The notes beneath the pieces were generated by a model. The model saw nothing but the letters and a program-made list of their open reading frames with translations, did not search any database and had not been told where the DNA came from. A program made the position numbers and the translations under genes. Below are positions 35,617-47,200 of a DNA stretch of 64,000 nt, piece by piece (the first letter of the stretch is position 1; each line of letters begins with the position of its first letter). Location: positions 288,001-352,000 of the forward strand of contig CAWJKZ010000014.1 in NCBI GenBank assembly GCA_963843575.1, read 5' to 3'. This DNA is from an uncultured Acidobacteriota bacterium (GTDB lineage: Bacteria > Acidobacteriota > UBA6911).

Positions 35617-35838
35617 TCAAGGGTTCGGGCGCCACAGGTCGCTGCACAATCGCGCCCGATCGGGCTCGATGAAAGCGTTCCCTTCGAAAGGATGGACTTG
35701 CCCGCAGAAGCGGCAGTTGACCCTCCCGTCGCCATAGATGGGGCTCGCGATCGCGTCGCGCCCGGATGTCCGTATCCCAGTGTCGAATGCCTCTCGAGTC
35801 TTCGGACAGCGCACCATGATCCTGTAGACCTGCGCCAT
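35617..35838 (-). CDS. Small putative zinc-ribbon protein (73 aa)
   Basis: CPKT...TG...CRFCGQVH; GGAGG RBS. Confidence 0.65.
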   Translation of the reverse strand: MAQVYRIMVRCPKTREAFDTGIRTSGRDAIASPIYGDGRVNCRFCGQVHPFEGNAFIEPDRARLCSDLWRPNP

Positions 35839-35918
35839 GCATTCCCCTCCCCCGTGCGAGTGATTATAGAGCAAGACGGACGGGCCCGAGCGGGGATGCG
35901 CTGGCGCTAACGCATTCA

Positions 35919-36773
35919 CTAGGTCTCTTTCGGGTACCACATGGTTGATAAGTCGTACTGGGTAAAGCCGGGGGACACTGCGCCGGTCGTCGCGTATCTA
36001 TAGAGCGCTGCGACGAAGATTCCGTGGGTGGCGGAACTGATCACGGACAGCAGAAGGATGTAGACGACGAGCAACCCGAGGCCGATAAACAGACCGGGCT
36101 GTCCGGCGAGCAGATGTCCGCACAACGGAAACAACGCCCCGGGGACTGCCAGAAAGAAATAAATAAGGCCGAAGCTGAGACCTCCGGCGACCTCTTCTCC
36201 CCAGGTTTTCCGGAACAGTTCGGAGGAGCGCCTCAGGGCTTCGAATGGCCCCATCCCTTCGAAGGCCAGTACCGGAACGACCAGAAAGCTGGCCAGCGTC
36301 CAGACGAGGCCGATCAGGCCGACGACGATCCTGCCGACGAATGAAGCGCGCTGCTCGATCATCTTCAGAACCGTACCGACCGTGGCAGCCAGCAACGCCC
36401 ATTGCAGAATGACACCCTTGCGCCGCCACGCGAGACGGAGCCCGTCCTCCAGGGTTGGATCGCCCCCCTGAAGCCGGATGGCCGCCGCACCCACCAGTGC
36501 GGTGTTGAAATAGGCGATGACGAAGTAGTTCGGGAAATAAAGCAGGAAAGAAGCGGTGAACAAGAACCCGGGTGTCGGCTTCCACGGTGCACGGGAAACC
36601 ATTGCGTCGCTGATCGAAGGGTAGTAGAAGAGCACGCCCCAGAAAAAAAACTGCGTCGTGACGAACACGCAGAAGATGGCGGACAGCACGGGGAGCCACA
36701 TCAGTTCCTTGTCCGCCTTCAAGACGCGGAAACTCTGCCCCACGAGATCCCAGCTCCTGGCAATCCTTCCCAT
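35919..36773 (-). CDS. Multi-TM membrane protein (DUF6159-like)
   Basis: MGRIARSWDL...VLKADKEL...S-x-ELFRKTWGE...ALYRYA. Confidence 0.7.
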   Translation of the reverse strand: MGRIARSWDLVGQSFRVLKADKELMWLPVLSAIFCVFVTTQFFFWGVLFYYPSISDAMVSRAPWKPTPGFLFTASFLLYFPNYFVIAYFNTALVGAAAIRLQGGDPTLEDGLRLAWRRKGVILQWALLAATVGTVLKMIEQRASFVGRIVVGLIGLVWTLASFLVVPVLAFEGMGPFEALRRSSELFRKTWGEEVAGGLSFGLIYFFLAVPGALFPLCGHLLAGQPGLFIGLGLLVVYILLLSVISSATHGIFVAALYRYATTGAVSPGFTQYDLSTMWYPKET

Positions 36774-36884
36774 AGATTCCCCCGCGTGACGTATCGGCTC
36801 AATTACACCGCCGAACCGGGGAATATTCCTGAAAAAGACGGGGCATGATGCGCGGTGCCCAGTCTTTTTGCGGCTGGCTCGGGT

Positions 36885-37588
36885 TCATGCCGGCAGAGCG
36901 CCTGGCCACTCGCCCGGTTGCAGCTCTTCCGGAGGGAGGCCCCGGCGGAAGAGTCGCGCCCCGGTGGTTCCACCGAGGCGCACACGCGAGTCGTCGACCC
37001 TCAGGATGGCTCCTTCGCGCAGGGCGACAACCGGGAGGTCGTTTTCCTCGAGAAACTCGCGCAGCCGCACCTCGCGGGTCTCCCCCATGTGGGTCGAGTT
37101 CGGGTCGGGATCAAGGTAGTGGGCGTTGATCTGAAATGCCACCAGGCCCAGCGCCTCGAAAGAGGACGGTTCGACGATGGGCATGTCGTTGGTCGTCTTC
37201 AGTGTCGGGCAGGCCACGACCGATCCGGCGCTCGATCCGATGTAGGGGGCGCCTGACGCGACGCGGGCCCGGATGGCATCAAGCAGGTCATGGTCGTACA
37301 GGCTCTTGAGCAGCCTGAACGTGTTCCCCCCGCCGACGAAGATCGCCTCGGCACCCCCCACCGCCGCGCGCGGTGACGGCGCACGATGCAGGGATCGGAG
37401 ATCGTAACCCATCGGCGGCGAAATCGTTCCCGCGCGCGGGCTTCGTAAGCGTCCCGGTCCCACAGCGCGTAAGGTACGAACAATACGCGCCCGACCGCGC
37501 CCAGGCGATCCCGGATTTCCGCTTCGGCGTGGTCCAGATAGCCGCGTCCGAACATCGTCGAGTTGCTGATCAGGAGCAGTCGCTTCAT
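36885..37588 (-). CDS. pepE: Dipeptidase E (S51), frameshifted ~37420
   Basis: MKRLLLISNS...YLDHA then VGGGNTF, GSSAG nucleophile, KTTNDMPI, HMGETRE. Confidence 0.88.
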
Positions 37589-37792
37589 TCCTTTGCCTCC
37601 AATCGGGGTGCCACACGGCCGGGTGGTCCGGTCCAGCGGTCGAGCCCCCGAAGCCCGATTATACGGGCAAGTCCCCCCCTGCGCGCGCCGAATGATGCGC
37701 ACGAACGCCCCGAATCGGGTAGTATTCAGGGGCGCGGAGCCGGGCTGTCCTGCTCTGCCGGACAGCTTCGTCTAGCTGGGAGGGGAAACGCG

Positions 37793-38354
37793 ATGATCAG
37801 ACTGGCTATCATCATTGGGAGCACCCGGCCGGGGCGCAAGGCCGACGTCGTGGCCCGGTGGGTCTATGAAATCGCGCGGCGGCGCAAGAGACGCCGAGTT
37901 TGAGCTGGTGGATATTCGGGATTACAACCTCCCGCTGCTCGACGAACCGGTCCCGCCGTCCATGGGACAGTACTCGCAGCCACACACCAAGACCTGGGCC
38001 GCCAAAATCGACTCCTTCGACGCCTTCGTGTTTGTGACGCCCGAGTACAACCACGGGACCTCCGGCGCCCTCAAGAACGCCATCGACTACCTCTACCGCG
38101 AGTGGAACAACAAGGCCGCCGGCTTCGTCGCCTATGGCAGCGCGGGCGGGGTCCGGGCCGTGGAGCAGTTGCGGCTGGTCATGGGCGAGCTGCAGGTGGC
38201 CGACGTGCGTGCTCAGGTCGCGCTCTCGCTCTTCAGCGATTTCGAGAATTTCACCACCTTCAAGCCCGCGGCGCGCCACGAGCGCTCCGTCGACACCATG
38301 CTGGATCAGGTCATCGCCTGGGGCGAGGTCTTGAAGACGCTGCGGAACAAGTGA
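37793..38354 (+). CDS. NADPH-dependent FMN reductase (frameshifted ~37885)
   Basis: IIGSTRPGR, TPEYN, LKNAIDY, EWNNK, GGVRAVEQLR. Confidence 0.88.
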
Positions 38355-38421
38355 CACGGCGGACCGATCGCCTGCAGACGCGACTTTCCCCGTTTCCGGA
38401 TGGAACGGACTGGAGAACCCG

Positions 38422-38595
38422 ATGACTGTCGTCCCGGCACTCTCCCAAACCCTCGTCGAATATGGCGCGCTTATGTCCGGGCTGGCGGCGATCCACACCA
38501 CCGTCGAAGGCTACGTCGGTCGGGGCCACCTGAAGTACGTCGTGATGGTCCTCCTTTGCCTCCTTGTCTTTATGTGGCTGCGGCAACGTCGCTAG
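38422..38595 (+). CDS. Small membrane protein (57 aa, below ORF-track cut-off)
   Basis: GGAG RBS; MTVVPALSQTLVEYGALMSG...KYVVMVLLCLLVFMWLRQRR, C-terminal TM plus basic tail. Confidence 0.6.
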   Translation: MTVVPALSQTLVEYGALMSGLAAIHTTVEGYVGRGHLKYVVMVLLCLLVFMWLRQRR

Positions 38596-38613
38596 GCGCA
38601 GGGCCGGGCCGGC

Positions 38614-41160
38614 TCATGCATTCCGGTCCGGCCCTGTCGTGGCTGCCTGGCGCACTATGGCTTGGCCCAGCCCCTCTATGGTTGGGTAATCGAAAAGCAG
38701 TCGCAGAGTCACATCGAGCCCGAATACCGCTCGTATCCGTGACAGCAACTGTGTCGCCATGAGCGAGTGCCCGCCGAGAGCAAAGAAATCGTCGAAGATG
38801 CCAACCTGCGGAATCGCGAAGACTTCGGACCAGATCAGCGCCAGCTGCTCTTCCACCTGGTTGCGCGGGGCTGCGTACGGGGTGTCCAGGACAGGCCGGA
38901 GCTCCTCCATGGCAGCCAACGCCCTGCGGTCCGTCTTGCCGTTGGAGGTCAAGGGCATCGATTCCAGTCGAACAAACCGCGACGGGAGCATGTATTCGGG
39001 GAGTGTGGCGCGCAGATGTCCGCGCAGGCCCGAAGGCGTTGGAACGGTTTGACCTTGGGCAACCCAGCAGGCGAGGAGCTGCTTGTCTCCCTGATCGTTC
39101 TCCTGCAAGACCACGGCACACCTGGACACCCCGGCATGCTCAGCCAGCCTGGTTTCGATCTCCTTGAGCTCGATCCGAAAACCCCGGACCTTCACCTGCG
39201 TATCCCGTCGCCCCAAGATCTCGAGATTCCCCCCGGGCAGCCAGCGTCCCCGATCCCCGGTCCGGAAGAGCCGCGCACCGGGGGGCCGGCCGAACACGTG
39301 CGGGATGAAACGCTCGGCTGTCTCGGCCGGGTCGTTCACATAGCCCTCGACCAATTCTCCCCCCAGGTATACCTCCCCCGGCACACCGATCGGCGACATC
39401 CGAAGCCTGGGATCGAGGACGAATACTTCCATCAAGGGGGTAGGCCGCCCAACGTCAACTATTGCCGGATCATCGTCCAATGGGGAGCAGACGCGGCCCG
39501 TGGCGCTCGGCGCCTCGCTGCAACCATAGGAAATGACCAGCTCGCACTGCTTCAGCCTCTCGAAGAAGCGCCTCTTCAATTCGGTCGATACAGTTTCTCC
39601 GATGCACTCGACGATTCGCAGTGAGGGGCACGATCTGAGTTCTCCGGAATTCAGGAACGCGGAGAGTTGGCTGGGAGTTGCGAGGAGGCACGAGATGCGA
39701 TGTTCATCGATGAACTCGGCGAGTTTCGCGGGATCGTACTCCAGGCCCTCCGGTGCAACAAAAAGGGTCCCCCCCGACATCAGCGGACGAAGTATTTCCG
39801 CATGCGTGAAGCCTGTGCCCGAGTCGGTCTTGAGCAGGTGGCGGTCGTCCGGCGACATCGGAGCGATTCCCGGTAGCTCGTAACCTATCCCCGGTCGATG
39901 ACGCCCTATACGCTTTCTCATGATCTTCGGGGCGCCGGTCGAGCCGGAGGTCGTCATCACCGAGGCCGTGTGACCCGGGGTGACGCGGTTGGCCGGCGCC
40001 GTGCTCTGTTGACTGGCCAGCTCCGCCGCAATTTCACTGAGGCAGAGGTTCGGCCACCTTGTTTGAGCAACCCTTTTGTCGAACGGATTCTCCGTGAGGA
40101 CAACCGCAGGCGAAACCACTTCAAGGGCCGCGCGCATGCGCTCTGCGGGCGTGCCGGCATCGAGCAGGAAAATAGCGCCGCCCGCCTTGATAACCCCGAG
40201 ATAGGCCATCACCAACTCCGGCGAGCGGCGCAGGAAAATGCCGACCGGGACGTCGGGGCCGACCCCCAGGCCCTGCAGGAAGCGGGCCATCCGGTTGGCA
40301 CCCGCATCCAACTCCGCATAGCTCAGCGCGCCGCCGGAGAACACCACGGCCGCCTTGTCGGGGTTCCGGCCGGCGTGTTCCTGGAAACGAAGGTGCTGCA
40401 GATCCGGCACTGCAGGCGCATCCGGCCCGAAACTCCATGCACGGAGGAGAGCCTCTTCTTCCGGCGTCGCCAGTTCCAGCTCCCCCAACGCGGAGGCGGG
40501 ATGGGCAGAGACGACGTCCATCAGCCGGCAGTAATGCCGCGCCATCGCCTGGATGAACCTCGGCTGATAACGCTGGGCATTGTAGAAGAAGCGGGCCCAC
40601 ACGGCACCGTCGGGAGTCTCGGTCACCCAGAGACTCAATTCGCCTGCGAGAGACATCCCAGGGGCGGCCCCGGATTCCGACGCCCGGAACCGTACGGGTA
40701 ACCTCTCTTCACCCTGCCACCGCAGGGCTGCGGGGATAAGGTCGACGGAGAGACCGCCTCGTAACCGGCCGAGGACGCAGGCCGAGCGCACCTCGCCAAC
40801 AAGCTGGAGGAAGCTCCGGTCGGCTGACAACGAGGTGCGGACGGGTAGGATGACCAGGGGCTCCCCATGCAGGTGCCAGGCCACAAGGATTTCGGAGGTT
40901 CCGGAGTAGCGGAACAGAAGCGCGTGAAAAGCAGCCAGACACAATTGCGCAAGGGCGCACTCCGCGGCCGCCGCCACCAGCCTCAACCTGCCGGCGAGAT
41001 CCGCACTGATCACCTCGTCCAACCAGGCGGGTTTCCCCGCGCAGCCTTGCGGTGTCTTTCGGTCCTGAGGCAGGGACTCCTGCGGCCAAACGCCTTCGAA
41101 TGCGGCCCGCCAAAAAGCCGCTGCCTCTGCCGAATCAGTGCTGTTCCCTGTCTCGCCCAC
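38614..41160 (-). CDS. NRPS module: truncated C (C-lobe only) - atypical A - T
   Basis: LSYAELD, TTSGSTGAPK, YGCSE, FRTGD, QVKVRGFRIE, SNGK, FFALGGHSL; no HHxxxDG. Confidence 0.9.
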   Translation of the reverse strand: MGETGNSTDSAEAAAFWRAAFEGVWPQESLPQDRKTPQGCAGKPAWLDEVISADLAGRLRLVAAAAECALAQLCLAAFHALLFRYSGTSEILVAWHLHGEPLVILPVRTSLSADRSFLQLVGEVRSACVLGRLRGGLSVDLIPAALRWQGEERLPVRFRASESGAAPGMSLAGELSLWVTETPDGAVWARFFYNAQRYQPRFIQAMARHYCRLMDVVSAHPASALGELELATPEEEALLRAWSFGPDAPAVPDLQHLRFQEHAGRNPDKAAVVFSGGALSYAELDAGANRMARFLQGLGVGPDVPVGIFLRRSPELVMAYLGVIKAGGAIFLLDAGTPAERMRAALEVVSPAVVLTENPFDKRVAQTRWPNLCLSEIAAELASQQSTAPANRVTPGHTASVMTTSGSTGAPKIMRKRIGRHRPGIGYELPGIAPMSPDDRHLLKTDSGTGFTHAEILRPLMSGGTLFVAPEGLEYDPAKLAEFIDEHRISCLLATPSQLSAFLNSGELRSCPSLRIVECIGETVSTELKRRFFERLKQCELVISYGCSEAPSATGRVCSPLDDDPAIVDVGRPTPLMEVFVLDPRLRMSPIGVPGEVYLGGELVEGYVNDPAETAERFIPHVFGRPPGARLFRTGDRGRWLPGGNLEILGRRDTQVKVRGFRIELKEIETRLAEHAGVSRCAVVLQENDQGDKQLLACWVAQGQTVPTPSGLRGHLRATLPEYMLPSRFVRLESMPLTSNGKTDRRALAAMEELRPVLDTPYAAPRNQVEEQLALIWSEVFAIPQVGIFDDFFALGGHSLMATQLLSRIRAVFGLDVTLRLLFDYPTIEGLGQAIVRQAATTGPDRNA

Positions 41161-41227
41161 GCAAGGTCTCCTCTGCGCTGCGCGCCGGTGGGTGCGGCAG
41201 ACTCCCCGGCCTCAGCGCGCTCGCCGT

Positions 41228-44200
41228 CTAGCCGGATGATCCCCCGAATCTGTTGCGGAAGAGCTGGATCCACTCCTCCGCAACGGTGTATTCCACGCTG
41301 TGCAGATCGGCAGCGTCAAATCCCAGGCGACCCAGCTGGAGGTAGTGCTCCACAGACTCGTCCGAGGTGACCAGGCCCAGAGTCGGATTGATCCCCTCAA
41401 ACCGCGCGGTCAAGAGACTGGACAAGACGCAGCCGGTGATCTGCCGCGGTTCGTGCCGCAGCAGTTTCCTCAGCGCGGCGGGGGGCAGCAGCGATTCCCT
41501 GACTCGAGGCAGGTGCCTCAAAAGAGGAATCGGTTGCGGGGACCGGAGAACCCCTCCGTCCGTGAAGAGGACGTCGTGTTCATCCTCCAGCCGGCGGACT
41601 GCTTCGGGGACGCAATAGCAGTGGGGCGCCGAATCATCCACGATCATGGTGCCCGGATTCAGCTGGTGGACATCCAAGACTTCTGCAACATTGGTTGCCC
41701 CTATGATGAGTGTCGAGTCGTAAAACTCCGACGGCACCCGAGGATGGGAAACAACGCTCCGCATCGTGCCCTGGAAACCTGACTTCCCGACAATACTCTC
41801 GGCCTGCTTTGTGTTGGCGCTTCCATACAGGTCGCACAGCGTGATCTGCTCCGGATGTGGGAGACAGCGCAGCATGAGTGCCAGCGTCGCGCTGCCGATG
41901 GAGCCCAGCCCGAGGAAGCCGACGCGCTCCCGCCGAAGGTTCCGGTCCGCGAGCCGTGCGATCTTCTGGATGCTGAGTACGACCGCGCTCACGGTCGTTG
42001 CGTGACCCGTGGTGATGGCCGGCAGGCTGTTTCCGTTCGGCGATACGGTCGCGATCGCCCGCCCATAGTCCGTCGCGGAGGGGATCAGTCCGGTAAGGGA
42101 CACGGCACGCGCTCCGATGCGGCCGGCAAGTTCCAGCGCTTCGCGGACTGTTTCGACAAGGTCGGTTGGGTTGTCGTAGAGCTCGGAAGCGAAGCGGGGC
42201 ACCAGGACGATGCCGATCCGGCCCAACGAGGTCTCCAGGACAGCGGCGATCCCCGGCAGGTTGTCGTACCACTGGTCGACGATCTCTTCCCGGCTCAGGC
42301 TCGCCAGCCAGTCGTCGGGTAGATACCCGATGGCGGCCGCCTCAACTGCCGGAATCTTACCGGCTGCAAATAGAGAAAGCAGCGGACGGCGTTCGATGGT
42401 CAGAAACGAGGTGGGATTGTCCCAAACTGGCCTATGGGTGGGAGCTTGAATGGGCGGGGCCTTGCAGTCCGGGGCACCGGGAGCGTCCGCGGCGTCACCG
42501 ACCGAGAGTACTTCCGCCAGAGACGCGATGGTGGGGTGCGAGAGCAACAGCCGCGCCGGAAGTTTCCGGTTCAGGGCGGCAGACATCTTGGCAACTAGCT
42601 GCATCATGAGCAGCGAGTGCCCTCCCAGGTCGAAGAAGCTGTCGTCGACGCTCACCTTCTCCAGATCGAGCACCTCCCGCCAGATCCCCGACAGCAGCTC
42701 TTCCATCGCCCCGCGCGGCGTGATGTGCGGCTCTTGCGTCTCCTGCCGGGCGGAAAGGGCCGCCAGGGCAGACCGGTTCACCTTGCCATTCGAGGTAAGC
42801 GGGATCCGGGCCAGAAATTCGAACGTCGATGGGACCATGTAACCGGGCAACCGGTCCTGCAGGTAGCGGCGGAGGTCGCTCTGGCATGGCGCCTGTCCCG
42901 GTTGAGGGACCACGCACGCCACGAGACGTCTGTCTCCGGATTTGTGTTCCCGATCCACAACGACGGCGTCACGCAGCCGTGGGTGTTGCCGCAACAGCGC
43001 ATCGATCTCTCCCAGTTCGATGCGGAATCCGCGGATCTTCACCTGCTGGTCCCGACGGCCCAGGAATTCAATTGCCCCATCCGGCAGGTATCGTCCGAGG
43101 TCCCCGGTCCGGTACATCCTGGCGCCCACGGAGTCGGTGAAGGGATCGCAGACGAATCGCTCCGCTGTAAGTTCGGGCCGGTGGAGGTAGCCGCGAGTGA
43201 TCCCGGAACCCCCGATGTAGATCTCGCCCGGCACCCCGGTGGGCGCCGGCTGCATTTGCCCGTCGAGGATGTAAAGCCGTGTGTTGCTTATTGGTCGGCC
43301 TATCGTCTGTGCTCCCCCGGGGGTCCGCAGTGCGCAACTCGAATACGTCGTTGCCTCTGTCGGACCGTAGAGGTCGAAGACCCGCTCCGCGTGCGTCTCG
43401 TGGTAGAGCCGTCGCGCCACGGATTGCGACAGCACCTCGCCCCCGGAATTGATCGTCCGGACCGAAGAGGGCACCGCACCGACGTCGAGCAGATAGGCCA
43501 GCGCAGACGGGACCAGGTTTACCAGGGTGACGTCGTTCGCCGCCGGCAGCCACGGCAGCGACATGGCGTTCTCGGCAAGGATCGCCTTGCCTCCGCAACT
43601 CAGCGGAACGAAGATTTCAAAAACCGAGAGATCGAAGCAGATTGAGGTGGACGCGAGCACCCCCGCGAGTTCGGACGCGGAGAAGAATCGCTGTGCCCAC
43701 GTAATGAAAGCCACCGAGTTCCTGTGCTCGACGGCGACCCCCTTGGGTCTGCCCGTCGAGCCGGAAGTGTACAGGACATAGGCCAGGTTCCGTGCCGACA
43801 GCGGCCAGCCGGGATTCAGGCCGCTGCACACCCGGATGGCGTCGGCATCGGCGTCCAGGCAAACCAGCCGGGCAGTCAATTGCGGCAGAATCGGCGACAG
43901 CGTCTGCCTGCTCACCACGACCCTGGCGTTGGTGTCCCTCAACATGAAACTAAGCCGGTCCTGGGGATACGACGGATCCAGGGGCACGTACGCAGCCCCC
44001 GCCTTCAGGACCCCCAGCAACGCCACCACCATGTCGAACGAACGGTCCATGCAGACTGGCACCAGTTCGTCCGGTCCGACCGCCAGTTCCCGGAGGTGAT
44101 GCGCCAGACGGTTCGCGCGTTCGTTAAGCTCGCCGTAGGTCAGCCGGCGGTCCTCCAAGACCAGGGCATCCGCCTCGGGCGTCCGTTGCACCTGCGCCTC

Positions 44201-47200
44201 GAACAGCTGATGAACGCAGCAGTCCTGAGGGTATTCCGCCTTCGTGTCGTTCCATTCGACCAGCAGCCGAAGCCGTTCGTCCTCGGAAAGCAGCGGGAGT
44301 TCCATCACGCGCCGGGAGGAATCGGCCGCAATCCCTTCCAACAGCGGCGTCCAATGCCCAAGCATCCGCCGGATGGTTGCGGACCGGAAAATGTCCGTGT
44401 TGTATTCGATGGAAGTCTTCGCCGCTTCCTCCCCGGCAACCACGGAAAACGTCAGATCGAATTTCGCGGTGGGGTTGTCCGGCTCCAGCGTGCGGGTGTC
44501 GAGTCCTTCCAGACGGAGCGTTGCAGGCCCCTGCTGCAGCGCGAACATGACCTGAAAGACCGGCGCACGGCTCGGGTCCCTTTTCGGGTGGAGTTCCTGC
44601 ACCAGCCTCTCGAAAGGCAAGTCCTGGTGCGTGTAGGCCCCCAGCGTCGTCTCGCGCACGCGCCCGAGCAGGTCACGAAACGTGGGGTTCCCCGACAAAT
44701 CGGTTCTCAGCGCGAGGGTGTTGACGAAACACCCGATCAGTGTCTCCAGTTCGAGCCGATTTCGCCCCGCAATCGGCGAACCGACGACGACGTCTTCCTG
44801 CCCTGAATAGCGCAGCATCAGCACCTTGAAGGCGGCCAGCAAGGTCATGAACAGCGTTGTTCCTTCCCGCCGGCCAAGCTGCTCCAGCCCAACGACGAGT
44901 TCCTGGGCGAGCGGCGCGCATTCCCGGGCTCCGTGCTGGGTCTGCACGGCCGGGCGCGGGAAGTCCGACGGCAGTTCCAGCACGGCCGGAGCGTCCCTGA
45001 GCCGCTGTGTCCAGTACTCCAGGTGCCGGCCCAACCGCGCACCCTGCAGGCAGGACTGCTGCCAGACCGTGTAATCGGCATATTGCACTGCCAGTTCCGG
45101 CAACGGCGATCCCTCGCCGCGCCGGAACGCGCCGTAGAGCGCGGCCAGCTCGTCGAATAGAATCCCCATCGACCAACCGTCGGCCGCGATGTGGTGAACC
45201 GTGACGGCCAGCACATGCTCGCGGTCGGCGAGGCGGATCAGCGCCGAGCGCAGCATCAGGTCGCGCGACAAGTCAAAGGGGCGTTGACCGACTTCGGCCA
45301 GGACGGTTTGCAGTTCGATTTCCCGGGCGGCTGGCGGGAGCGTGCTCAGCTCGATCAATGGCAGGGTCACAGGCCTCGCGGGCGATATCTGCTGCACCGG
45401 GCTGGGGGTCATCACGAAACGAGTGCGCAACGCCTCGTGTCGGCGGACAACTTCGTCCAGCGAGCGCTGCAAGCTCGGTATGTCCAACAAGCCGGTGAGC
45501 CGTGCGGCATAGGGTATGTTGTAGGTCGAACTGTTGCGTTCCAACTGGTCCAGAAACCACAACCGCTGCTGCGCGTACGAGAGTGGGAGTTCTGCCCGCC
45601 GAGACGCCGTCTTTATCTGCGGGTCCGGAACCACATCCCCTGGCGCCTCGGATTCGATGTGCCTCGCAAGGTCGGCGATGGTCGGGGACTCGAGGAAGGC
45701 GCGCATCGGAACCTCTACGCCAAGCGCCTTGCGAATCCGGGAGATCACCCGGGTCGCCCGCAGGGAATGCCCTCCGGAATCGAAGAAGCTGTCGTGGATC
45801 CCTACGTGTCCAATCCCCAAGACCTCGCGCCAGATCCCGGCCAGCAGTTCCTCGAGCGCCGTTTGCGCCGGGGTATGAGTCTTGTCGGCTGCCGGCGCCT
45901 GCACCGCGAAGGACCGCAGGGCTCGGGAATCCACCTTTCCGTTCGACGTCAGCGGTATGCGTGTCAACCACACGAAGGAGGCCGGCAGCATGTAAGCCGG
46001 AAGTCTTTCTTGCAGCCAACGGAGGATTTCTTCCGCGGAGACGCTCCCCGGATGGTGCGCCACCACGTAGGCCACGAGGGTCTTTTCGTCGGATCCGGCG
46101 TCGTCGGCCATGACGACGGCATCCCGCAGTCCCGGGTGCCGGCGGAGAATCGATTCGATCTCGCCCGGCTCGACCCGGAATCCGCGAATCTTCACCTGCC
46201 CGTCCAGCCTTCCCAGGAAAGTGAGGGTTCCGTCGGGGAGACGCCGCACCAGGTCGCCGGTCCGGTAGAGCCGCGCCCCGGGTTCCGCGCTGAAGGGGTT
46301 CGGGAGGAATTTCTCCGCCGTCAATCCCGGCCTTTTCCAGTAGCCTCTGGCCAGACCGTCACCCGCGACAAACAACTCGCCGGCGACGCCGACGGGCACG
46401 GGTTGAAGCTCGCCATCCAGCACGAAAGCCTGGGTGTTTGCTATTGGCCGGCCGATCGGGACCGACGGGCCCACCTCGTCCGGGTTGCGCAGCGCATGAC
46501 AGCAGCTGAAGGTCGTGTTCTCCGTCGGCCCATAACCGTTGATCAGCGTGCACCTGCTCAGAGCCCGCAGCGCCTTGCGCACGTGCGCGGCCGGCAGCAC
46601 GTCCCCACCCACCAGAAGCTGCCGGACCCCTCGAAGGTGGTCCGTATGGCAGTCCACGATCTCGCGGAAAAGTCCGGCCGTCAGCCACAGGACAGTGACC
46701 TCGTGCTGCTGCAGCGCCCGACCCAGATCGGCAAAAGCCGGCAGACCCGGTGGGGCAACCACCAGCCTGCCCCCGTTCAGGAGGCAGCCCCAGATTTCAA
46801 ACGTGGCGGCATCGAAGAAAATCGGGGCGAGTTGCAGGAATACGTCGTCCGGGTGAAAATGGACATAGTCGGTCCCCTTCACCAGGCGCACGACACCCCT
46901 GTGGGGAACACTCACGCCCTTTGCTGTCCCGGTCGAGCCCGACGTGTACATCACATAGGCGAGGTGCTCCGGCCTGGTGGTGTTCTGAGGATTTTCCCGA
47001 TATTCCTGTTCTATGAAGTCCGACAGGGAGTCTATGAGGATCACGGTCCTCCGTGCCTCCCGGCAGGGCCCCGAGAGTCGGGGAGTGCGCCAGCAAAACT
47101 TGCACGCCGCAGTCCTGCAGCATGAATTCCAGCCGTTCCTTCGGGCTGGCGGGATCGAGCGGTAGGTAGGCACCGCCTGCCTTCAGGATACCGAGCATTC

